Translations under genes and position numbers: made by a program | Notes under the pieces: model-generated | The model's database searches: none | The model's input: the letters and a program-made list of their open reading frames with translations, nothing else | What the model was told of the DNA's origin: nothing | In this document: positions 53,246 through 64,000 of the stretch, in pieces | Layout: each line of letters starts with the position of its first letter | Position numbering within the stretch: position 1 is the stretch's first letter | NCBI GenBank assembly: GCA_964016885.1 | Contig: OZ024741.1 | Coordinates: 367,040,001 to 367,104,000 of the forward strand | Direction: 5' to 3' | DNA: 64,000 bases | DNA from: Eledone cirrhosa | Taxonomy: Eukaryota

Positions 53246-54699
53246 TCAGATAAAAACTGTTTGACAAAATCTTTTGGGCCAGTGGACTCTTCGACTGGAA
53301 CGGGTCATGGTCTTGTGTGTAGGTGAAGGTGGGGCAGAAAGAGCAGGTGTATGCACAACAGTGAAAGATGGGGGTATATGTGGCTCAGGTGTATGAGCGT
53401 CTGTGTATGCTCTTTTCAGTCTGTCAACCAAAATTGTCTCTCTGGATCCCTTAATGTCTACAGTAAAATGTTTGTTAGTACGTGCTAACGCAAGGTAGGG
53501 TCCAGAGTACGGTTGTGTGAGAGATGGTCTAACAGTGTCATCTCTGACAAAGACATGTGTCCACGAGGCAATATCTCTTGGGACTGCAATTTTAACAGTT
53601 TGTTTCCTGGTATCCATAGGCGGTAAATCCTGAAAATACGAGCGCAAACGAGATACATAGGAAAGGGGATCTTGAGTAACAAGATCAACAGGGGCAAGCA
53701 ATTGCCCAGGCAACGCTAGAGGAGCACCATACAACAATTCAGCCAGGGAGAACCCAAGGTCCTCCTTTATTGAAGACCGAATTCCTAACAACACAATAGG
53801 AAGGTACTCGCTCCAACGCAGAGAGTCTGGATAAGCACGAAGAGTGGCCTTTAATTGGCAGTGAAAACGCTCCACCATTCTGTTTGAAGCAGGATAAGAT
53901 GAGGTCTGAATGCGTTGAGCGCCAATAATTTTTGTTAACTCCGAGAAAAGATGTGATTCGAATTGCCTACCACGGTCTGTAGTAATTGTGGTTGGCACGC
54001 CATAGCGGGCAATCCACCCTGATGCCAGGGCACGCGCTATCGTGTTGGCGGTAATGTCCTTTAAGGGGATGGCTTCAGGCCATCGCGAAAAACGATCAAT
54101 GCAGGTCAAAAGGTAAGAATATCCACTACTGACTGGCCAACGATATCGATGTGGATGTGTTGAAAACGAGCATCCGGAGTACTAAAAGTACCTTGTGGAG
54201 CCCGGGTGTGTCTGTGGACTTTAGATTTTTGACACTGTATGAAGGAACGGCACCAAGCATTAATTTCACGCCGCATATTTGGCCAGAAAAATCTAGCTGT
54301 TATGAGCTTTACTGTGGCTGAAGATCCTAGTTGAGAAATGCTGTGCAAAGCAAGGAACACAAATCGACGGTGTGTCTCGGGAACATAAGGTCGTGGTGAA
54401 TCCGTAGATACATCGCAGAGAATCTGCCTGTCGATAGTCGACAAGGGCAGATATTTCAGGTTGCAAGTTGCAAATTCAGCTGATGAAGTATCCAACGATT
54501 CGAGTGCAGGTTGGTCTGCTGCCAAACGACTTAAATCTATCTCCTGGGATGACGAAATTGAGCTGATTGGCAAACGTGATAAGGCGTCTGCGGCTGTGTT
54601 TAGTGAGCCAGAAATGTGCTGGATATCATTGGTAAACTGCGAAATGTAATCGAGGTGCCTTGTCTCTCTGGGCGAATATCTGTCGGCTTTACCCCTCAC
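53246..54699 (-). pseudogene. Gypsy pol 3' part: RNase H C-terminus, decayed HHCC zinc finger, DDE integrase, GPY motif; frameshifted
   Basis: RHLDYISQF..NTAADALSR; H..FFWPNM..QCQKSK; HIHIDIVG; DRFSRWPEA; TDRGRQFES; N.MVERFH; PYSGPY. Confidence 0.92.
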
Positions 54700-54952
54700 T
54701 GAATTGGTTTATTGGTTTAATCTTGTCCGGAAGATACCGCTGGTAACCAACCACATCCGGGCATGCAAGATAGAGGTGATACGCTCTGGACATATAGTGT
54801 TCAGTTCCGAAGTAGTTGCAAGAGTATAGAGAGCTGCTCGTCAGAATGAGGCCGGCAGCGAATAAAAATGGGAAACACAAGTCTCGTCTATTTATAATGC
54901 CTACAGAAGTAACTCTAATTAATTCTCTTTTTTTACCCTAGGGGTCGCTACA
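54700..54952 (-). repeat. Gypsy 5' LTR (fused directly to the RNase H end; no PBS visible)
   Basis: Direct repeat of 52760-53034. Confidence 0.9.
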
Positions 54953-55535
54953 AGCGTTTGCATTACTCTGTATATACTGTTGTATTTTCGCAGTAAAGGC
55001 TTTACCTCACATAGTACCGAATCTAAGAGATTTTGATATTATTCATTGAGAACAATATCTTAACATCAATATGAGCAGCTGGTTATGGCTGGTTTGAACT
55101 GAAAGAGGTGAGATATGGCCAGTTTAAATGCTGATGGGTTAAACATTTTCAAACTTCCCCAGTACTTGGTAAGAGTTATGTTGTTATTTGTCTCATATAG
55201 AACTAAACTACATAACTCTTCTTGCATTGACAAACAGTTATTGCATTGCCCCATCTAACTGCTGTGTCAACTAGCTAAGTAAGAGGACTTTGTCAAGGCC
55301 ACAACTATAGTTACATTCACCTCTTTAGCATGGATTATCAATGACGTCTTGTTCGTTTCCACAGATTGACGTTTTTTTTTAAATCAATTTATTCTTTTAC
55401 TGGTTTCATCATTAGAATGGGACCATGTTGCCCCACCCCCTCCATATTTATTTTTTTCAAAACTAGTACCTATTTTGTCAATCTCATTTTTTAAAACAGG
55501 TATGCAACAGAACATTAACAGGTACACGTGTGTGT

Positions 55536-58162
55536 ATCATCATCATCATCACCGTTTTACGTCCGTTCTTCCACGCTAGCATGGGTTAGACGGGTTGTCC
55601 TGTTGTGTGCAGTGTCTGGTCGGCTGACCATGCCTTGCTCATAGAGGAACTGATCTGGCTTGATTTCTACAGCTGGATGCTCTTCCTAACACCAACCTCA
55701 TTTACAGTGAGTGCTGGGTGCTTTTTCGTGGCGCCTAGACGTCCACTTTACAGTGTGGGCTGGGTGCTTTTTTGCCGTGGCACCTCCACGACCACCTTGC
55801 GGTGGGGGCATATTGTTTATATGCTTCAGCATGTACCCATGTGAGGTCGGGTACTCTGTATTACTGCGTGACGCCAGAAGTCACGGTCGTGTGTCATTGT
55901 CTTTGAGAGGTGTAATTGGGTAAGGTTGGCTTTTATCACCTCATCCCAGGTCATCTTGGGTCTCCCCACTCCGCGGTTTCCATCAACTTCTAGTGCTCTG
56001 CACCTGTTTATGCAGCTGTCATCCTTCATACGCATCACATGTCCATACCAGCGCAACCGCCTCTCCTGCACACAGCATTTGATTCCTCTTATGCTCAGTC
56101 TCTCTCTCAATTCATTTATGCTTTGTCGTTCACGTATATTACTGTTACACATCCATCGGAGCATGCAGGCTTCGTTTCTCTCTAATCTACGTAAGTCTTC
56201 CACCTTCAGCGCCCAGGTCTCACTACCATGCAACATCGCTGTTCGGATACACGCATCATACAGTCTGCCTTTCATTCTGAGAGAGAAGCCTTTTGCAGCT
56301 AGCAGTGGTAGTAGTTCCCTAAACTTCTTCCATCCCATTCTTACCCTAGTTATTGTACTTTCTGAACACCCACCTCCGTTGCTAATTCGGTCACCTAGGT
56401 AGCAGAAGCTGTCTACTGTTTCTACAGGGCCCTCCCAGAGATTGGTGGTACTTGTTTCCTGTGGCTGTTTGCTGCTTGCTGTTTCAGCACAGCTGCTGCA
56501 TGTGAATCCTACATTCTTAATTAAGCTTCCTGAGATCCCGCTACATCTCTTGTGTACCCATTGTTTGCATTTGGGGCAGAGAATGGAGTTCCTACCTACA
56601 CCTTTCCTACATACTGAGCAAGGCCATTTCCCTGAGGGGATCTGGGTTCTGTTTTCTCGTCTACTTACAAGGACCTTAGTCTTTGTCATGTTGACTTTGA
56701 GACCCTTTCTCTCTAGTCCCTGCTTCCAGGTTTGGAATTTATTCTCTAGTTCTATCATAGATTCAGCTATGAGTGCGAGGTCATCAGCATACAGGAGTTC
56801 CCATGGGCATCCGGTCTTAAATTCCTCCGTTATTGCCTGCAGGACTATGATGAACAGGAGAGGGCTAAGAACAGAGCCCTGGTGGACCCCAACCTGAACG
56901 CTAAATTCCTCGATATACTCATTGCTAATCCTAACTTTGCTGACTGCTCCCCTATACATGGCTTGTACCGCTTTCACAAGCCATTCATCTACTCCTAGTT
57001 TTCTAAGAGCCCACCAGATTACAGCACGTGGAACTCTGTCAAAGGCTTTATCAAGGTCGACAAATGCCAAGTAGAGTGGCTTACTTTTAGCTAGGTACTT
57101 TTCCTGTAATTGCCTCACAAGGAAGAGGGCATCAGTGGTGCCTCTTCCTGGTACAAACCCAAATTGCATCTCGTCTATATTCACCCGGTCCCTAATCAGC
57201 TGTGCTATAACTCTTTCTGTTACTTTCATGACCTGGTCCATCAACTTTATACCTCTATAGTTTCCTCTATCTAGTGCATCGCCTTTGCCTTTGTAGCAGT
57301 TGACAATGATGCTACTGCACCAATCTTTTTGTATGGCCCCTTCTAGTATTACCTGGTTAACGATACGTGTGGTTATAGTGTGACCTACAGACCCAGATGC
57401 CTTCAGCATCTCGGCAGCTATACCCGATGGACCGGTTGCCTTCCCCATCTTCATATCTCTGATTGCCTTACTTACTACGCTGCCGCTGACTTGTACTGCT
57501 GGTCTCTCTATAGGGTCTACTTGGGGTAGGGTCTCTTCTTCCCATGCATTCTCCTCATTTAGTAATCTATCATAATGACTCTTCCATGCATCTTTCTTCT
57601 CAGCACTTGTGAGGGCAAGCTCACCTTTATTATTCCGGATACACTTCTCTCCAATGACATCACAACTATCTCTGACACACTGCCTCGCAATCTTGAATAC
57701 CTCCTGTTTCTGGTCCTCACGTTGTAAAACATGCTTGAATTTTCTATCCTCTGCTTCCCGCCAGCTAAGTATACTTGTCGCCTAGCTTCCCTCTTGGTCT
57801 CTATGTAATGTACCCTGCTCCCCCCGTTCTTCCATTCTTTCCATGCCTGTCTCTTGGCCTTGACTGCTTCATCTACCTTATTGTTCCACCACCAAGTCAC
57901 TCTCCTCCTCCTGCTTGTGGTCTTATTATTTTTTAGGAACTCCCAGTTCTCTTCTACGTTAAATGTCTCTATCTGTTCTTCTTTACTGTCGTAGGCGTTA
58001 AGTAAAATATCTTTAAATCTGTTACTGGTTGAGGGGACTTTCAGCTTCCAGATCTTTCTTCTCCAGGTTGGCCTCTGTTTCAGGGCTCGTCTAGTTCTGA
58101 CCGTGAGGTCGCTGACAACTAAGCTATGTTGGGATGTACATTCCTCACTAGGGAAGGCTTTT
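55536..58162 (-). mobile_element. RTE-clade LINE, 5'-truncated at the end of the APE endonuclease, frameshifted upstream of RT
   Basis: RT ORF 55826-57454; upstream WWWNNKVDEAVKAKR linker fragment; AFPSEECTSQHSLVVSDL (C-end of APE) near 58110-58160; (CAT)n tail. Confidence 0.95.
55826..57454 (-). CDS. RTE LINE reverse transcriptase fragment with internal PHD finger
   Basis: Same motif set as 42319-43980 (FVDLDKAFD, QGSVLSP, YADD, CSVC..CPKC..WVHKRC..CSSC, FCYLG); a related but distinct subfamily. Confidence 0.95.
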   Translation of the reverse strand: MKMGKATGPSGIAAEMLKASGSVGHTITTRIVNQVILEGAIQKDWCSSIIVNCYKGKGDALDRGNYRGIKLMDQVMKVTERVIAQLIRDRVNIDEMQFGFVPGRGTTDALFLVRQLQEKYLAKSKPLYLAFVDLDKAFDRVPRAVIWWALRKLGVDEWLVKAVQAMYRGAVSKVRISNEYIEEFSVQVGVHQGSVLSPLLFIIVLQAITEEFKTGCPWELLYADDLALIAESMIELENKFQTWKQGLERKGLKVNMTKTKVLVSRRENRTQIPSGKWPCSVCRKGVGRNSILCPKCKQWVHKRCSGISGSLIKNVGFTCSSCAETASSKQPQETSTTNLWEGPVETVDSFCYLGDRISNGGGCSESTITRVRMGWKKFRELLPLLAAKGFSLRMKGRLYDACIRTAMLHGSETWALKVEDLRRLERNEACMLRWMCNSNIRERQSINELRERLSIRGIKCCVQERRLRWYGHVMRMKDDSCINRCRALEVDGNRGVGRPKMTWDEVIKANLTQLHLSKTMTHDRDFWRHAVIQSTRPHMGTC

Positions 58163-58195
58163 GCAAGTGCCTTCTACCATGTGTATATGTATATA

Positions 58196-58590
58196 TACAG
58201 GGTGGGTGGAAAGAAACTCCTTTAAAATTAATAACTTTATTAATTATTGGTTGATTTTCATAAAACCTGTTTTATTTTGAACAGTGTTATGGTAGAAGTA
58301 CAGTTTTAAAATTCTACATAGGCACCAGTGTTGTCCACCAGTGTTTGTAATCATCTGGGTATACCCTCGACTGACTTCATCAAGAATTCTGGCAGTATGT
58401 TGGTCAGTACATGACAAATGGGTTCCTCCAGTTGGGTCAGAGTTTTTGGTTTTGAGCTATAAACCTTTTCTTTTGCCTACCCACACAGGAAAAAAATCAC
58501 ATGGCATTAAGTCAGCTTGCTGTTGGCCATTCGTGTAGACCTCGACAACCTAGCCAACATCCTGGAAATTGGACAGTACATGCAAAAGCA
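58196..58590 (-). mobile_element. Tc1/mariner-superfamily remnant (3' end)
   Basis: TA+CAGGGTG terminus at 58196-58204. The minus strand at 58460-58535 reads, with frameshifts, EWP..DL.PCDFF..G.AKEKVY, like the WPPRSPDLTPCDFFLWG motif. Confidence 0.65.
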
Positions 58591-60184
58591 TTAGTTAACC
58601 TGAGGCTATGGTAGAAGGCACTTGCCAAAGGTGCGACACAGTGGTGCTGAATATGAAACCTTGGGGTTCTGAAGTGAACTTCTCAACCACACAGCCATAC
58701 TTATATATATATATATATTCTAAAAAAATTTTAATTAGTTCAACTTTGGTTTGGAAAGCAAGGATAGTTGTTACATATCCATAATATCTGGGTTTTGCTT
58801 TCACCTGGAATATAGCTTTCAGAAAATAGTTTTTTTTTTTTTTTTCGTGGATTTTTATTTTTAATTCAGATTTAACCCTTTTGATACCAACACACCTGAA
58901 ATACTTTTTTTTCCCCCCTGTCAATCATACAGAACTGTCCATTCTAAAGTATTTCATTGAAATTTAAACCAGTTCCCAAAATCTTACATATGCACATTCT
59001 GTCAGGTTATGTTAGAAATGAAGGCTTTTTAATTATTTTATTAAACACTTGGTTATTTTAAAAACTAATTGAAACACATGGACAAAGTGTTTCGTTAGAA
59101 ATATTGTCATGAAATGATTTGATATCAAACTGGCTCCGGTTCTATGGTACGAAGCTGTTTATCTTAAAGTTTTTATATTTATATAAAAACCTAACATAAT
59201 TTATGTAAGAACCTTTAATGTTCCAAACAATCTACTCAATACTGAAAAAGTTTAAATTATTAAATCCCTCAAAATTAGTTTATTTTCAAAAAGATTCATA
59301 GGTAATATCATTCATTAGATATATGGTAACAAAGGGGTTAAATACATTGCTCACTTGATCAAGTGTTTTGTCTGTTCCATTTTCCCCAAGTTTACCTTAA
59401 GTAGATCGATTAAAGGTCATGCCCCACCTTCCAATTTACATTGTATAGTTTGCTGAATCAAATTTTTTCTGTTCTTAAAATATAACATATCTAGCTATAT
59501 AATTTGCTTCATATATTAATATGTGAAGTAATAGGTTGGCACATGAACCATTTTCTTAATGATAATGCTATAAAAGTATTTTTTTGTAGAAGAATTAAGG
59601 TCGTTATTTCTTGAATTTTTGGCTAATTAACATCCTGGTAAGTTATATATATATATATATATAATTACATTCTTAAGCATTGGCTTTCATGTCTATGAGC
59701 TATTTATATATATGCTAGATGCTGTCCTATTTCCTCTCCTTTGCCCTCATCTCATTAGTTTGATGGTGATAATAACTGCTGGACAGATTCAGATCATTTT
59801 ATTAAGCAAGAAACTCTTTCTATAAATGGAACAGAAGAAAACAAAAGATCAAAGTGGTTGGTGTACTCTCTCAAGAAGTTATGAATGATTTGTGAGTGTG
59901 TATCTACAATGTATTAATTCTTAGCCTCTCCCCCTCTCTCTCTCTGTTTCATTATATATAGTCTCTCTTGGACCAGTGATGAGAAAATCGAGCAATCTAT
60001 GAGTGGTCTTGAAATAGTAACACTGAATAAATAATACATAGCTTATTAATTTATTCTAGATTTCTCTACTAATTGATTTGAAGAAGAGAATTGACAATAA
60101 TTTTAGCACAAGTAGTAGACAGATTTTTTTGTGTTCCCATGATCTTCAATTCATAGTTATTATTTTTGCTCTTCACTTTCAAAG

Positions 60185-60197
60185 CATTCTATTCCTG
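60185..60197 (+). other. Possible second 13-nt microexon (CATTCTATTCCTG)
   Basis: tttttgctcttcactttcaaAG acceptor and CTG|GTGAGT donor; no other support. Confidence 0.25.
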
Positions 60198-60355
60198 GTG
60201 AGTATTTAAGTACCAAAAGATTTAACCCTTTTGCTACCAATTCATCCAAAACTGGCTTTGTTTCTATGAGACAAAACCACTGATTTTAAAGGATTACTAT
60301 TTTAATAAAAAAAATGTTGCTGAATCCCTCAAAATTCTTCATTAATTAATTGAAA

Positions 60356-60538
60356 GAGGTGGATTGGCAGTATCGGTAGAGGGTCGGACGCCATGCTTTC
60401 CAGCATAGTTACGTCCTTTTACGATCTGAGTTCAAATCCCGCCGAGGTTGACTTTGCCTTTCATCCTTACGGGGTCGATAAAATAAAGTACCAGTAACGC
60501 ACTGGGTAATTGCTGGCCTTGTGCCTAAAGTAGAAACA
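60356..60538 (+). mobile_element. SINE family 2 (TGGCAG..GAGTTCAAATCCCGCCGAGGTTGACTTTGCCTTTCATCC), young copy with 15-bp TSD
   Basis: B box; TSD ATTAATTAATTGAAA at 60341-60355 and 60539-60553. Older copies at ~310, 10105, 17265(-), 27480(-), 27655, 29115, 37600, 52045(-) and 62840. Confidence 0.88.
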
Positions 60539-60648
60539 ATTAATTAATTGAAATAGTACGGGGTCGATAAAATAAAGTACCAGTAATGTACTGGGTAATT
60601 GCTGGCCTTGTGCCAAAAGTAGAAACAATTAATTAATTGAAATAGTAC
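60469..60648 (+). repeat. 89-bp tandem duplication of a SINE 3' half plus its TSD
   Basis: ACGGGGTCGATAAAATAAAG...GAAATAGT occurs twice. Confidence 0.92.
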
Positions 60649-60673
60649 ATTTCATTTGAAATAGAGCCACAGA

Positions 60674-61124
60674 ATCATCATCATACATCCGCTTTTCCCT
60701 GCTTGCAAGGGTGGGACGGGTCTTATTCAGCACAGCATCTCTCCACTTGTCACGGTCCTTCGTCATCTCCACCGTGAGCTTCAGCGATCTGAGGTCTGTT
60801 CTCACCACCTCCACCCATGTTTTTCATGGTCTACCTCTACCACGTCTTCCTTCAACTGGCATTTCCTGGCACTTCACCCATCGGTCATCCTCCATGCGCA
60901 TCACATGTCCATACCACCTCAGTCTCCTTTCTCGCACACTACATTCTATCCCTCTCAGACACAGTTTCTCTCTCAACACATTCATGGTGGGTCATTCACG
61001 CACATTGACATTGCACATCCAACGGAGCATGCTTGCCTCATTTCTCTCCAGTCGTCGCATATCCTCTGCAGTTGTTGCCCATGTCTCACTACCATGCAGC
61101 ATCGCGCTCCTCACACAGGCATCA
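60674..61124 (-). mobile_element. 5'-truncated RTE LINE of a third subfamily with almost no 3' UTR
   Basis: Minus-strand RT C-terminus (MLHGSETW..RRLRWYGHVMR) running directly into the terminal hairpin CCCTTGCAAGCAGGG and (ATG)n. Confidence 0.9.
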
Positions 61125-63340
61125 TTATTAAAATTAAAAGCAGATGCTACTTTCAATGATAAATGTGTTTTAAGGCTATTTGCCCTTGCTAAAGAAAAGG
61201 TTAACCTTGTGGGACTCCATCATAGACTTCATTATCCTTTTTAAGGCAATGATTTACAGCCAAACCTTTTAGTCACTTCTTATGACACACTTGGAATGAT
61301 ATTCCTATTCTAAACTAGATACAATTACTAAGATACTAATCAGTAAAATTATTTTGTTAATGGGTAGCCATATAGTTATCTCTTCTTTATGATGAATGTG
61401 TTGTGCTAAAAATTCAGGTCTTAAAAATTTATCTTCATTTTTAGCCCTTGAAAATGCCATTGGTTCTATGACAGAAAACTTTATTTTTTAAGAGTTTATA
61501 TTTATCTAAAAAAAATCTTCCATCATAACACCAGCTTAAGAATAAGAAAGTTAGCTATATTACTAAATTCCCTTAAATACGAGATTATTTTCAAGATGAT
61601 TTGACAGTTTCATTAAAAATATGGTAATGAAAGAGTTAAGGACATGAGTAAGGTATGATGAATAAGATTTGATTATTATCTAACGTAGCAAAGAGACAGG
61701 ATGATGAGTAAGCCTATCAGGTGACAATAGAAACTTCCTCACTAGTAAATTTGTATCAAACTTATTTCTTCATAGGACCTATATAAAGTTTCTTAGATCA
61801 GGTCATTAATTAGATCCTCATCCGCTTTCCATACCGACATGGGCTGGACAGGTTGTCACAGTCCAAGACCAGACTGGTGTGACATCTTACTCAATGCATT
61901 CCATATTAGACATGGTTTCTATGATTGGATACCCTTCTACACCAATTGTATTACAGAGTATTGGTTGTGTCTTTTGTTGCATGTAAACTATCACTTAGAG
62001 TGGACTGGCTGCAACATGTTGTGGAACCAGTACTAGAGTGGTTTTCACATGTTTGGCCAGGCTGAAGAATACCCTCAATCCCTACTACAAAGGTTTCTAT
62101 TTTGTCACAACAATATCACAATTTATTTTGGATGAGGTGATCCAATATCATCAGAAAGCACTGTGTACTAGCAATTCTACCCAATACCTTAAGCTGTCAT
62201 ATATTTGTTTATTTTTAACCAAATGTTCAATACACGCTTAGTTGCAAAGAAAATATCAAGAATACATGGGAAAACAAATACCTGAAAGTCATCTTAATCT
62301 AGATTGATGTCTTGTAGATTATCTGATTGGTGTATTTTGGATTGCTTGGAAAATTCTTTCGGCTTTTTGATTTAGAAAATGTGTATTTAGTATTAGACTG
62401 TCATTTCTAACTGCTTACTGCTAAATTGGTTGGCATAACTGGAAATTCTTAGTCACTACCCTCTCTCTCTTTTTCTTTATCTCTCACTATATATATGCAT
62501 AGTAATGATATTACACAATATTGTGTTGGCTACCACCTGGTTTCATACTTAAACAGATCATTTTAAGATATGACATACTGTTTTGAATTAGGCTTTACAT
62601 ATAGCTAATTAATATAATGTTGTGTAATATCATTATGTAAATATATAGCTCTTCTACTGATATAGAGCATTCTCATCACTTGTTTATTGTTACACTATAT
62701 ACGTGTGTCTATATGGTCTCTGGTGGACTTGTGATAAGAAAACTGAGTTTACTATTTATTCCTACATTTCTCTATACAAATTAATTTGAAGAAAATATCA
62801 AAGTCTAATTTTAGCACGTAACATATGAGTTTCAAGAAGACTGAGAAGGTTTTGATGTTGTCGTGAACAAAGTATCTGTTGCTTTACATTCTGAATTCAA
62901 ATCCAACTACAATCCACTTTGTCTTTCATTTGGTGGTGATAAAATAGAATAACAGTTGACTACCATGTTGATATAATTGGCCATATAACCTCAACAAAAA
63001 GAAAAGAGATGTTTATCATTTTTACTAGTTTCATCATTAGACAATGGCCACACTAGTTATTCTCTTAAAGGGATACAGTTATCATATTGACCCCAGTACT
63101 TATTATTTTCAAGTCTGGTACATCAATCACTTTATTTCAAACCACTAATTTGTAGTTTCTATCTATCAAATAACATTTGCCCAAAGTGCCACATAGTGGA
63201 AATGAACTTGAAGTGACATGGTTGCAAAGCAATTTTAGAAATAAATACATTATTACTGATGTTAAAAATAGAGTAAAGAATTATTGAACCTCCCCAAATA
63301 GGATAGTATTATTCAAGTGTTTATTCAATGTTTTCCAAAT

Positions 63341-63800
63341 TTAACCTGTTTGATATCAAATTGCATGAAACTATATGGGGTTCTGTGATACAAAGCTGTT
63401 TATATTATGTTTATCCCAAAAAGATTCCATCATAATTTTTTGTACAAACCTTCAACCTTTCTGGTACCAACCCAGCCAAAATTTGTTCTGGTTCTATGAA
63501 ACAAAATAATTCATTTTAAAGGGTTCCTATTTAAATTAAAATCTTACAACATAATCTTAATACCAGAACCTTTTGTTAGTAATGAACGAATTTTAATAAA
63601 TTACTTAAATTAATTAATTAAAATAATATATTTCATTAGACATTTGGTCACAAAAGTGTCAAATTAAGAGCCACTCATGAGCTTAATAAAGAGGAAGTCA
63701 ATTATATTACTAAATTCCTCTAGCTTCTTGATTATTTTCCAAATGATTTGAAAATCATAGGCAATAGCCTTCATTACAAATATGGTGACTAAAGGGTTAA
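63341..63800 (+). mobile_element. Family-A MITE with a related MITE nested inside (about 63453-63662)
   Basis: Outer termini TTAACC.GTTTGATA / AAAGGGTTAA; an inner copy restarts at aacctttctggtaccaa. Confidence 0.65.
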
Positions 63801-64000
63801 ATTAGTAAATTTCTGAGTGATTCTTTTCTACACAGGCATAAACATGGTTAAGTAGTTTGCTTCACAGCCTTGTGGTTTCAGATTCAATCCCACTGTAGTA
63901 CTTTGTCCAAGTGTCTTATAGCCTTGGTTTGACCATTGTCTTGGGAGCAGAATTGTTTGAATGGAAACCGCCCTGAAACCCTATGTATATTTGTGTGCAC

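Larger units (their letters stand above)
52758..54952 (-). mobile_element. Internally deleted Ty3/Gypsy LTR retrotransposon (CsRN1/Kabuki-like) with both LTRs
   Basis: Direct repeats at 52758-53034 and 54700-54952 beginning TGTAGCGACC on the minus strand; PPT GGAGGAGAGTAT; integrase present; gag, PR and RT missing; AGCGTTT duplicated at both flanks. Confidence 0.92.
52741..55142 (-). mobile_element. Family-B MITE split by the Gypsy insertion (52741-52757 and 54953-55142)
   Basis: TTAACCCTTTAGCGTT | Gypsy | AGCGTTTGCATTACTC...AATGCTGATGGGTTAA. Confidence 0.85.

Overview
AT-rich, repeat-dense eukaryotic genomic DNA. The SINE, RTE-LINE and microsatellite content strongly suggests an octopod cephalopod; this is my inference from recalled family sequences, not a database result. 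The window looks like several long introns of a + strand host gene. I can see a frame-consistent chain of very short candidate exons (14033-14050, 15411-15423, 20143-20239, 30006-30068), but no complete host CDS. Mobile DNA present: four 5'-truncated RTE-clade LINEs (two keep long RT ORFs with a C4HC3 PHD finger inserted inside the RT domain), older RTE fragments and a CRE-like endonuclease fragment; a full-length but dead mariner; a Tc1/mariner remnant; an internally deleted Gypsy element with both LTRs; an internally deleted piggyBac with a transposase remnant; two to three TTAA-flanked MITE families; several tRNA-derived SINE families; and many microsatellites. The most unusual signal is a tandem array of compact H-type pseudoknot-like modules with compensatory base changes in the RTE 3' UTRs, which a chimeric SINE has also captured. 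All structures and alignments were made by eye. Most ORFs in the supplied track are microsatellite or antisense artefacts.
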